Shown here piece after piece: positions 27,813-37,209 of a stretch of DNA of 64,000 nucleotides. Position numbers and translations under genes: made by a program. The stretch's first letter is position 1. Every line of letters starts with the position of its first letter. The DNA is from Hydrurus foetidus. Lineage: Eukaryota. Location of the stretch: positions 1-64,000 of the forward strand of contig UYFQ01000586.1 of the NCBI GenBank assembly GCA_900617105.1. The letters are read 5' to 3'. The notes beneath the pieces were generated by a model. That model was not told the origin of the DNA. It ran no database searches and saw nothing but the letters and a program-made list of their open reading frames with translations.

Positions 27813-28673
27813 CAGGCTTGTGTAAACAGTTAATGTAGGCCACATTTAAATGTCATTTAGTGGCATTTAAATGTGAACATTTAATGATTGTCCACGATTT
27901 GGATGACAGAACACTTAAAAAACACTTTTAAGAGTCACTGTCCCCAACCGTGCTCTTTTCTCTTTTCCCCACTCAAAACGTGTTTTTTGCTAACATTCAA
28001 TATTCAAAACGCGTAAAAAGTTGCAATTTAGCTTTGTTTTTCAATCGGAAAGAAGATTCTCAATCGTGTTGTATAGATCTTGTAGACTGACCACAATTTG
28101 GCTCGGATGTTATCCGGCGTATTCGATTTCTGAAACCGTTTTCCGTGAAAACAATATTTTCCCGAAAAATTTTCAACTCAAATTGTGGTCAGTCTACAAG
28201 AAAATTTTACTGTGAGCACGAGGGTCATCGACTCGAGACCCAATTCGTGGAATTGGTAATTTTATTGCGAATTGAAATTTGGGTGGCGATTTTTGGTTTG
28301 GGTGTGTTTTTCATTTTTTGTACGTACGAAAAAAAAGAGCACGACAGGGGACAGTGACTCTTAACTGCACTTAAATGTCACTAATAAGGGTTTCCTGAAT
28401 GACACTTAAGTGCATTTAAATGTACTTCAGTGCATCGTTCATGCTCACTGGTACGCTCTCCAAGCAACAAATGGCACATTTAAATGCCACATTTAAATGT
28501 AACACTTAATGTACATTTAAGTGTACAATTCAATGTACATTTAATAAGTGCCTGTAAATGCACATTAAGTGTTAAGTGTTAAGTGTATTTTCAGCAATAA
28601 GGGAAGTGTATAATTAAGTGTTTTGAGATTTTGAGGCCCACTTAAATGTACATTAACTGTCTATACAAGCCTG
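27813..28673. mobile_element. hAT-type non-autonomous element (MITE)
   Basis: TIR CAGGCTTGTGTAAACAGTTAATGTA / TACATTAACTGTCTATACAAGCCTG. Perfect 8-bp TSD ACTGTACA (27805-27812 and 28674-28681). Many subterminal CACATTTAAATGT/CACTTAAGTG motifs. Confidence 0.9.
27932..28360. mobile_element. TTAA-specific MITE (Kolobok-like GA...TC termini) nested inside the hAT MITE
   Basis: TIR GAGTCACTGTCCCC-nnn-CGTGCTCTTTT at both ends. TTAA at 27928-27931 and 28361-28364. Confidence 0.85.
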
Positions 28674-28890
28674 ACTGTACAACTATACTGTAGAACTTCT
28701 TCGTATTGAAGGCGTTGTAAGTACAAAACACAAAACGTTCATACGTTCGTCACTAAAAAACTTTTCGCTTTTTATTTTTAGATTTTTTTCGGTCTTTTCA
28801 TGACGCGTACAAAATACATATCTTTTCTTGTTTTCATCGACCATCATCTCTGCTCTCTTCATCGATTATATTATCTCGACGGACTTGTAC

Positions 28891-29162
28891 ACGATCTCTT
28901 CCAATCACCATGTCAACGATGCTGAATTCAAAGATCACTGACTATTCACCAAATGATCTAAAGTTTGGAGCAGTCGCATGCAGTACTTCCGTTGGAGCAG
29001 TCGCATGCACTACTTCCGTTTACCGATAGCCTTGCCTCGTGTAAGCTCTTACGCAGAATTCATCGTAAGATGAAATCAGAATATATCACAATTCGTGCAA
29101 TCACAAGTCATCACTTAGTATCAACTTGATCTACGTACTAGACGGCATCTCCAGAATCCTAC
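28891..29162 (-). mobile_element. Possible LTR fragment in reverse orientation
   Basis: On the minus strand it ends ...AATTCAGCATCGTTGACA followed by TGG, resembling the copia LTR end at 31551-31570 (AAGTTCAGCAATCATCGACA). Internal 27-bp tandem duplication at 28965-29020. Confidence 0.35.
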
Positions 29163-29641
29163 TGAGAGTCACAAGTATGAAGCCAGTCATCTTGTACTGT
29201 AGTTACCTAGAGAATGTGACCTTTGAGAGCAAGGATGAAGGGAAATCTAAAGACGAGAAGAGACTGATTAGTTAGGGATGAGAGCAGAAGGTACGCTAGT
29301 AACTTCTGCGAAGCAGCACAAACTAGCTAGTAACTAAGAGTCGTGGCTGTGAGCACGAAGATACTAACGTGGAAACAGCATCTAATCGGCTGAATGGGGT
29401 AGTAGACCCTGAGGGAGCCACACTACCCCTACTTGTCTGTTATAGTCTCCACTATATATTGCTCACACGTACGTACAGCCACATTGAACTTTGCTCGTAA
29501 CCACTAGTTATCGAACCAGTTGTCAATTTCTGATTGTTCGGCAAGTTCAAGTTGCAGTGTGCTCGTTTAGCGCTAATCTCGCACTCCTTTCACCCCATAA
29601 ATAACCACCGTTATTAAACCACTCAAACCAGCTTTGACTCA
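29163..29641 (+). mobile_element. Putative 5' LTR of the gag-like relic
   Basis: TGAG...CTCA termini, TATATA at ~29453, located upstream of the gag-like ORF. No second copy in the window. Confidence 0.35.
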
Positions 29642-29927
29642 ATTGAGTCAGCCAATCTCCTTGCTCAGCTCATCTGCCCAACTTGAATTTCAAAGCTTCG
29701 TCTTCAGCCAGTTGCTGAAACCGTGACACAGCATAAATATATATTTCTAGTTTACACGAGACGAGACAACGTCTAACTCTCAGTTGATTTTTTCTTACCC
29801 ACCAGCAAGCAGTGATCGCCCTGGCTCCGCGAGATTTAGAATCTCTGTGAGAAATTAAGTTCCTTAGGAGAGCTGTATTGAAAAGTCTTTGCAAATCCAC
29901 CGCATTTACAGCTGCTATCCTTCAACA

Positions 29928-31020
29928 ATGTTTGTAGGAAAAGAAAATCCAAAGAAAGATCCAGAGGATGAGCCTTCGGATGATTCTATATTGCAGCTCA
30001 AGGAAATGTTCCATCAGTTCTCAGCTACAAGCAGCGAAATCCAATTTCGCCATCGCACCGATATCGGTCAACTCAATGACGCAATCCTGGAAATCAAGAA
30101 ATCGAACTTGAAATCTCCACCACGTGATGAGTTCATCGATACTCCACTTCCTGATCGCGATCGCGGGAGAAGGTCGTCGATGTTCTTTGGCATGCCGCAC
30201 TACAAATCGAGCATTTTGGAACTACTTCCAGACAACGCCGATAAACCAGATTTGCCGACGAAACCAAACATTCAAGTCCTCCAAGCTGACATCGTTTATA
30301 ACAAGGAACTCAAGATCAGTTCTCTAGAAGGCCTCCAGTACCTTTCTCGACAGCTTCTATTGCTTTCCTTCAAATATCCAGGACGTAAAATCAAAATGGC
30401 CCACATGGTTTCATACAACCTGCGCCCTCACGTCGTGGCAACGTGGAACTCCCCCCAGTATCGAGAGTCAGTCATCACTGGTGCTGAACCAAACGAGGTC
30501 ATGGTCGAAGATTGGTTATCTGTAACCAATTCTGAGGTTCAAGCTATCCTCGTTGAAGAACAAAAGAACTATATTCCTCGAACAAAAGAACTATATTCCC
30601 AGGAGCTTATATTGCTTCTTGGCAAAGGAATACCGCAGATACCATCAATCAGCACTGACACCTTCTCCAGCACCTTCTATGCGCCTCTCATGAAGTTGCT
30701 CACAGATTTACTCCATCTGCATGATCTGATGTCAAAAGAAACCTCAGACCACAGCGCCAACAAATCCAAGATGCCAGTTCCTGGTTACGGCATAAGAAAC
30801 AGCTGGCCAAATTGCTTTGTGGCTCATCTCCCTTGGTGCACAGAAAGACTCCATCTTACAATGGCTCAGCAAGGACGAGCTTATCAAGCAGAAGTCTGTA
30901 GAACAAGCAGTCAAGTTTGTTAGGGCTCGACTAATGTGAGGCCGTGCTCAAAGTGAGGCACGACAGGACTTGGACACCAGGCTCACTCCTATTCACTACG
31001 AAGATCTGAGATGAATCTCA
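29928..31020 (+). pseudogene. Degenerate gag-like ORF of a retroelement, interrupted by the copia LTR
   Basis: ORF 29889-30923. The coding-like frame continues after a frameshift near 30800 (AGQIALWLISLGAQKDSILQWL...) through in-frame TGAs up to 31020, where the LTR-like sequence begins. The gag assignment is from context only. Confidence 0.5.
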
Positions 31021-31570
31021 TGTCAGTCCAGCATATTCATGCATGATCTGTTAGCATAGTTTTATCTGTAGATTAGCATTCACATGTCACAAGTAGTGTA
31101 GCGCTTTCTCACCCAAAACACCGCCATACACTGTTGTGTACATACGCTCATCGTTCTTCTACGTAGCGATATCCCCCTTCGGGGCCATCACCAAGCATCC
31201 GGCTTTTCACCACAAAGCATCCGGATTTCCATCAGGTATTCGGTTTTCACCAAGCATCCGATTTCATGAGCAACGAGGGTTCCGCCCGTTGCTCAATCGC
31301 CAACTTGACTATTCGCTAAATATATTCGCACTTCGGCGATCACCATTTCATGCACCATTGATGCTTTGTTTTGCTTCTTTGATGGTTGTCTTCTCTGATA
31401 TCATCGCCAGTTGTTTTACTACTTGATCGTTGTAAGTAAACACGTCCTCCGAGACCACTTCCACCAGCCAGTCTTTCCTTTGCGCTTTCGCAGCCTACAG
31501 GTAGCTAGCTTCACTCCAGAGTCTGACTCACATGGTAGCGATTGCATAGAAAGTTCAGCAATCATCGACA
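31021..31570 (+). mobile_element. Putative 5' LTR of the Ty1/copia element
   Basis: TGTC...GACA termini. It starts exactly where the upstream ORF breaks and is followed by TAGTATCA, a one-mismatch match to the start of the tRNAiMet PBS TGGTATCA. Internal CACCAAGCATCCG repeats. Confidence 0.55.
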
Positions 31571-31779
31571 TAGTATCAATATATCAACGGTCTTCCATCC
31601 CAATAGATATCTCAAGTCGGCCATGATGCTACGATCGTCCGACAACACAGACCAAATCAACGAGGAATACCATGACCCAACTGGGCTAGAGACTCCCAGC
31701 AGAGCCCAGCTGCCGCGCATGCTCTCCATGACCCTCGCAGAGTTCGATGAACAGAGCCATAAGAGCCCAAACTTAAAAT

Positions 31780-34299
31780 TTGACGACTAGGTCGACGGCG
31801 AATCGGCAAAATGTCTCCACTTCAAACCGACCTCGACGAGGCTCCCATGCAGAGGAAGCGACGCCACCGCGCCAAACTTCGGCAGAAGTTTCAGCAAGAG
31901 GACTATCATATAATGCCGCCTTGGAATCCATTTTGGAGCTCAAACGGCTAAAACTCGATTTGGTTTTGACGACCTCTTCCGAAATCGAAAGCATCAAGCA
32001 GAATCAGATCTCCACAACGACTGTGGGATCCAACAAGCGATTCAAAGCTCTCGACAACATGCTCCATGTCGTTGGACTCTACCCAATGGCGATGGGCACG
32101 CGTCGCGAGCCAGTTCCAACGAGGCACAACCCATCAGGATACTCGGAGCCTACAACGTCGGAGAATCTTGACGGAACATTCAACTATGTCCCTGCCGACG
32201 ATGTCACACGATGGGCCCACGACAAGAAACGTTTATATAACGTCATGTTAAACGCTTTCCACGAGTCTACCCACTATCTCTGTGCCGATTCCTTTACTTC
32301 TCGCGATGGGATCGCTATTTACAAACGTATGCACAAGCACTTCTACGAACATACCGAAGCAGACATCAACCGACTCCGGCGCCTTCTACAGAACTTCAAG
32401 GGCTCTATGGCTACTTGTTTTAAAGAGAATTTGGTCAAGTTTACAACGTTGATGACAGAATTCGAGTACGCCCAGGCCAGATCGAGCACTGAGCAGGAGC
32501 GCCTTCAATTCCTTCACAACGCCTTCATGAATTACCCCCGCCCCAATACCAAATCCTACTTTATGTCCTGCCATAGCAACATGCTCACGTACCACCAAAC
32601 TTTGGAGAGAGCTGTTTTATATTCTGAGTATGCCCTACCAGAGAAGCCACTCAAGATAGCTGCCTTGTTCACTACCCCTGAAGCCTGCCGCAAGTTCCTC
32701 GCTGGCACCTGCCTTCTTGGTACCAAGTGCAAATACTATCATGCTCCTGCTAAGCCACCGGCAGCGACACCTCCCTCTGGCAAAACACCACCTCCTGCCC
32801 CACCTGGATCCGCTCCGGTCACCGACAAGAACCGAATCAAGGCCAAGGGCAAGTATCCCCCGAAGCAGACCTTCCCAGTTACGAGTATCGATGGCCGTGT
32901 CCCCTACCTCAAAAGCAACATCCCCATGAAGCTTCATACCAACGGACCCAACATTAACCCTGACGACGGCTGGCAGAACAACACCCTTTTGGATGATGCC
33001 GAACCCTCTGGGTATGTGCGCTTCTCCCTCAGTATGTTCCGCGTCACCGACACTGACCCAGCACCTCCTCCGGATACACCATCTAATCCTCCTCTCGAGT
33101 TAGCACTTCCGCCAGGACTCTCTCCATCAGGACACTCACCACTGCGATCTCCAACTCGTCCATCTTCTAATGTCGCCTCTCCCTTAATGCTCCGACCGTA
33201 CGTACGTTCCGAACATACTCAACCAGCATCTACCCCAGTAGTCCTGGGTACCCCCCCGACTCCTGTCGCACCAGAGAATGCTACAGCATGGGACACGCCG
33301 CGCCATCAGAACATATCTTCGCCAACATATGGGACCCCAATGCAAGAAGAAGTCGATGCCTTCACACGTACCTGGGCCTTCCTCACCAATGACGAAGTCA
33401 CCTCCTCCACTGTCTTCCAGGGTATCTGCCGACAATGTTCCACGTACATCCTTCAGTACTACACTGTGGTCCACCACCGCATTCATCAGCAGCCCCTCTC
33501 AGCAAATGACTTCATCATCTATGTGAACCGTCCCGCCTTGCCTGGATCACCTACACCGGCGCCCCATATCTACCTCGCTATTTTCGGCTGGGTATCCCCA
33601 ACCACACTCAGCAACTGCCGCGCTGATGTCAGAGACGGATACTCTCGGTATATGAACCTCATCCACAAGATTGCTCGCAACCTGCTGCTCGCCAACACTG
33701 AGCCGCCGACTCCACCCAATCTTGAGTATGACCCAGGGCACTACCGCACCTTCAATCCAACCTTGATTGAAGACATCACCACCTATCAGTCCACAGTCGG
33801 GAACATTTTCTTTTACTTCCTCGTCCACACTGCTCTGTACCTCGACGACCAGATCAGTCCAGACCACATGGCAATATTTGAAAGTGTCCTCATCTACGAC
33901 TGTGCCTCCTGGGTCGCAGCACAGCTTGCCCGATATGCCAATGCACCCGGCAACTCCTGGCACAACATTCCCACCCTTCGCATACTCATGCTCACGGAAG
34001 TTGATGCACACGTTGACGGTCTTATGACACGAACTGGATCGAACGAGTCATTCATCCAAGCCATTCGAGTCGTAATCCAGCATGTCCTACCCGACGCATT
34101 TCATGTTACACCCAACAGCCTCTTCGTCGGACCCGATCCTGTTGAGCCCACCGAGTCACACTACCGCACAGTATCTCTCGCCAGGGACCTCGCAGCATCT
34201 ACAGCCCCACAGAACATACGTAAACGATACACTTTGCGGAACTACGAGAGCGATTCTGATCTGTTTCCTCCTGTACAACATGTCCTGTCCAACTCATAA
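31780..34299 (+). CDS. Ty1/copia Gag-like ORF with CCCH zinc finger, Pro-rich linker and large unassigned C-terminal domain
   Basis: 839-aa open frame with a helical Gag-like N-terminus (RDGIAIYKRMHKHF..., FTTLMTEFE) and CRKFLAGTCLLGTKCKYYH (C-x7-C-x5-C-x3-H). It precedes protease and integrase in copia order. The true start codon is uncertain. Confidence 0.7.
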   Translation: MTTRSTANRQNVSTSNRPRRGSHAEEATPPRQTSAEVSARGLSYNAALESILELKRLKLDLVLTTSSEIESIKQNQISTTTVGSNKRFKALDNMLHVVGLYPMAMGTRREPVPTRHNPSGYSEPTTSENLDGTFNYVPADDVTRWAHDKKRLYNVMLNAFHESTHYLCADSFTSRDGIAIYKRMHKHFYEHTEADINRLRRLLQNFKGSMATCFKENLVKFTTLMTEFEYAQARSSTEQERLQFLHNAFMNYPRPNTKSYFMSCHSNMLTYHQTLERAVLYSEYALPEKPLKIAALFTTPEACRKFLAGTCLLGTKCKYYHAPAKPPAATPPSGKTPPPAPPGSAPVTDKNRIKAKGKYPPKQTFPVTSIDGRVPYLKSNIPMKLHTNGPNINPDDGWQNNTLLDDAEPSGYVRFSLSMFRVTDTDPAPPPDTPSNPPLELALPPGLSPSGHSPLRSPTRPSSNVASPLMLRPYVRSEHTQPASTPVVLGTPPTPVAPENATAWDTPRHQNISSPTYGTPMQEEVDAFTRTWAFLTNDEVTSSTVFQGICRQCSTYILQYYTVVHHRIHQQPLSANDFIIYVNRPALPGSPTPAPHIYLAIFGWVSPTTLSNCRADVRDGYSRYMNLIHKIARNLLLANTEPPTPPNLEYDPGHYRTFNPTLIEDITTYQSTVGNIFFYFLVHTALYLDDQISPDHMAIFESVLIYDCASWVAAQLARYANAPGNSWHNIPTLRILMLTEVDAHVDGLMTRTGSNESFIQAIRVVIQHVLPDAFHVTPNSLFVGPDPVEPTESHYRTVSLARDLAASTAPQNIRKRYTLRNYESDSDLFPPVQHVLSNS

Positions 34300-35566
34300 C
34301 ATTAGTGGCCCTCGATGCGCCCTCTCTTATGTTAACTACCTACATGGAGCCGTAACACGTCTCATGGTCCCTCCATCCGACGCATCCCCATGGGTACCAC
34401 CGGACGCATCGATGGAACTTCAGCGGTACAACGCCAGGAAGCGCGGCATCGCATTCCAGAACGACCAGGCTCAAGGAGACACTAAGCATCAAGACGCCTC
34501 CTCGTCTTCGTCATCATCCTCTTCCGCCTCACCGTCAACATCGATTCCCCCTACGCTTCCGGAGTTCAATACTCCGATACCACCTGTTCCATCGACACCC
34601 TCTGACCCTCTTACCGGGTCACTCAAACGTTGGCAAGCCGCGCAACCACTTGCATCCGACTCGCCTTTCACTATGCCTCGTGCCCAGCGCCACCGAATGA
34701 CTCCACCAGTCGGATCCCAACGCTCGACAAATGTCCGACATGCCTTCAACAGTAATCGCCCTCCGCTTGCATCAGCTCGCCCTCCAGCACCATCCCGCGG
34801 TACCTCCGACCCCAAGCTCAACACATTCGTCGTCATGTCCCAGCATGAGAGACTCAACTCGTTCCACGTCCCCGACAAGGCCATCTTCGACTCTGGTGCT
34901 TCACGCTGTGGCACTGGACGCTCCCAACGTCTTACCAGCATTGAACCTGTCAGCACATCCGTCACAGTCACCCCTGCATTCGGTCCGTCCATGACACCAA
35001 CACACCAAGGCAGCCTCGGACCGTTGGAGCTTAGCACACTCCTCCTCCCTGCACTAGGCGACAGCACCCTTGTCTCTGTCTCCCAGTTCTGCGCTGGCGG
35101 TGTCACCAACGACCACTTCATCGGCATCTTCACTCATAAAGACTTCCGCTTTTATGAGACTGCATCAGCCCTTCCCTACATTGCACTGGTAGCTCAGCAT
35201 GGAAAGGAGGTCACCCGTGGAACCGTCCAAGACGGCCTCTACGTGGAGACTCCCTACTGACCAACCACTCGGGAGAGTCTTTTGGTCACACACTATACTC
35301 CCGCTTCACTGTACGACCACGTGCATCAAGCCACAGGCCACCCCGGTCTTCCAGGCATGGCATGGCACCGCGATCATTCCCTCAATGCTCGCTTCACCAC
35401 CAAAGATGCACACACCTCCCGTCCGGTCTGTCCTGGATGCGCCCATGGCGCTATGCGTCAAGCATCCACAGACTATCGTCGCATCCACAGAGACACAACT
35501 ACCCTCGTCGGCCAGCAGTTCTCCTTGGATGCCTATACCCACTCGACTCCATCATTCCGTAACTAC
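34082..35566 (+). pseudogene. Ty1/copia pol fragment: aspartic protease, GAG-pre-integrase/HHCC and start of integrase core; RT/RNase H missing
   Basis: AIFDSGAS protease motif, LVSVSQF, GTVQDGLYV, then an in-frame TGA at 35258-35260, then HQATGH...CPGC (HHCC) and QQFSLDAY (first integrase Asp). Coding stops at ~35566. Confidence 0.85.
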
Positions 35567-36000
35567 TGTTACGGATCCTCGGCCTCTGCCGCCCCTCATT
35601 CGTAAACCTCTTGGGTGTTTCTCGATTCCACGTCCGGACATCTTTGCAGATCCTCTCTGGCCAGATCCTCTCTGGGCTTCTTGACTAAGCGACTGCTTCG
35701 CTTAAGTAGATTACTTCTTTATGATCGGGTTCTCCGTGAATCCGTGAACTTCGATTCTCGTGAGCTCACTGTTTACCGATTCAGTAAACCTTAACTGCTG
35801 AGTCCAAGAGTCTCGGGGAAATCTTTATACTCGCAATATAAGATCTCCTTATCATCAGATCTCTTGAGTCAACCAGGCGCGCTTTCCTGGTGATCAGAGG
35901 ATCAGTTGGATGAAGGAAGGCTGGCGGCTCTGACGACGATATCTTACTTAATTACTTGATAAAGAAGTATTCGATGGTAGTCTAATTGTTGACTACATCC
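35567..36000 (-). mobile_element. Probable LTR-like insertion truncating the copia integrase
   Basis: Begins TGTTACGG exactly where integrase similarity stops. TATAAA on the minus strand at ~35823-35828. The far boundary is not defined. Confidence 0.35.
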
Positions 36001-36757
36001 ATGTGGTTCTTGTGTTGTCAGTTGACGAAAATGATACGTGGACTTGAATATTCAGATCTTCAAGTTGAAGGAGGTTCGTGCGCATCAGAACAAAAGAGCA
36101 TACGTTGCGTGTTCAAAAGCGTGCGTGAGACAAAACGGGAACCGACCCGGAGGCCCTCGGAACTACGGACCCACGGAGTGCACCACTACCGTCTCCGACC
36201 CTTTGTTTTATTTCGTTTGGGTGAGCGGAGTGGAATACCGATTTCTATCGCCGTGCAGATTCCCTCATGACTTTGTCAACTCCTCACAACATTCACTTCA
36301 TACACAATATCACCGCTGCAACAATACTTTAGCGATTGCGCTACTTTTTTGTTGGATCGCTGCAGCTTACTAGCGAGTAATTCGGGGTGAAGACTAGAGC
36401 TTTGTTGAGGTAAAGAGCCCCTGAATTTCCGTTCCTCCACATGTACCAGCTTTCCTACGGAAGAATTCTTTTGGAGAATAACCAAGAGCTTAAAAAATTA
36501 TGAGGGATACGTTTCTGAGTAAAGGAGTCCTGATTACAGTAGATAATGCAATCTGCGCCTGGATTGAAATCTTCTGACGTGGTAATTTTAAGTGCACAAT
36601 TTATCGATACAGGATGACACCATTGTTCCGTTTGAAATGCAGAGCTACCGGCCTCTTTGCCTTCGACAAAGCAATTAAGGTCAAAAAGGGGGCTATATTA
36701 GAGATGAGGCGCAACGTTCATAATGAGCATGGTTAGATATTACCTGAATCATCTGAC

Positions 36758-37122
36758 TTCGCGAGGAGTCTTCAACTAATAGACGTACAACGATTTCTAC
36801 AAATTGCATTGTCGGTTCGAACTGCATTCAAATTCGGGCGCCTCGTGATAGAAATGGAAAAAATATTGGGAACTTTCAACCAGATGAGCATCTAGGACAC
36901 CTAACCCGTGAATTTTCTTCCAAGATTGCCCCAATACTAGATCAGTTTGCAAATTCTCATGATGAGGTTGCATTCAATATCCATTTAAACTATTCTGATA
37001 CAAATCATACTAAAGCTGGATATGAGATAGATGTAGTAGTAATGTCGAACTGTTCCTTCGAATTTAATGAACTATCAAAACAGCAACTTGTTACTGCGAA
37101 TCTGCATCCCCGTATCTTTTGA
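36758..37122 (+). pseudogene. Accessory open frame inside the pogo element, convergent to the transposase
   Basis: Stop-free ~120-codon frame (…NCIVGSNCIQIRAPRDRNG…FNIHLNYSD…GYEIDVVVM…LHPRIF*) without an early ATG. AATAAA signals on both strands (~37143-37176) lie between the two stops. Confidence 0.4.
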
Positions 37123-37209
37123 ATGTGAGTAATATTTCACTCTTTATTGCATCATTTACTGTCTGAAGTAAATAAAGAGCCAAATATTTGTTAAAAATGA
37201 CACATTTTT

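Noticed and set aside
33720..33760. DPG motif in the copia ORF as RuvC-I of a Fanzor/TnpB
   Set aside because: It lacks the preceding hydrophobic beta-strand and there are no downstream RuvC-II Glu, zinc finger or RuvC-III motifs.
34489..35133. 214-aa minus-strand ORF, and similar antisense ORFs over acnB, the transposase and the LRR gene
   Set aside because: Antisense shadows of real coding frames with no independent motifs.
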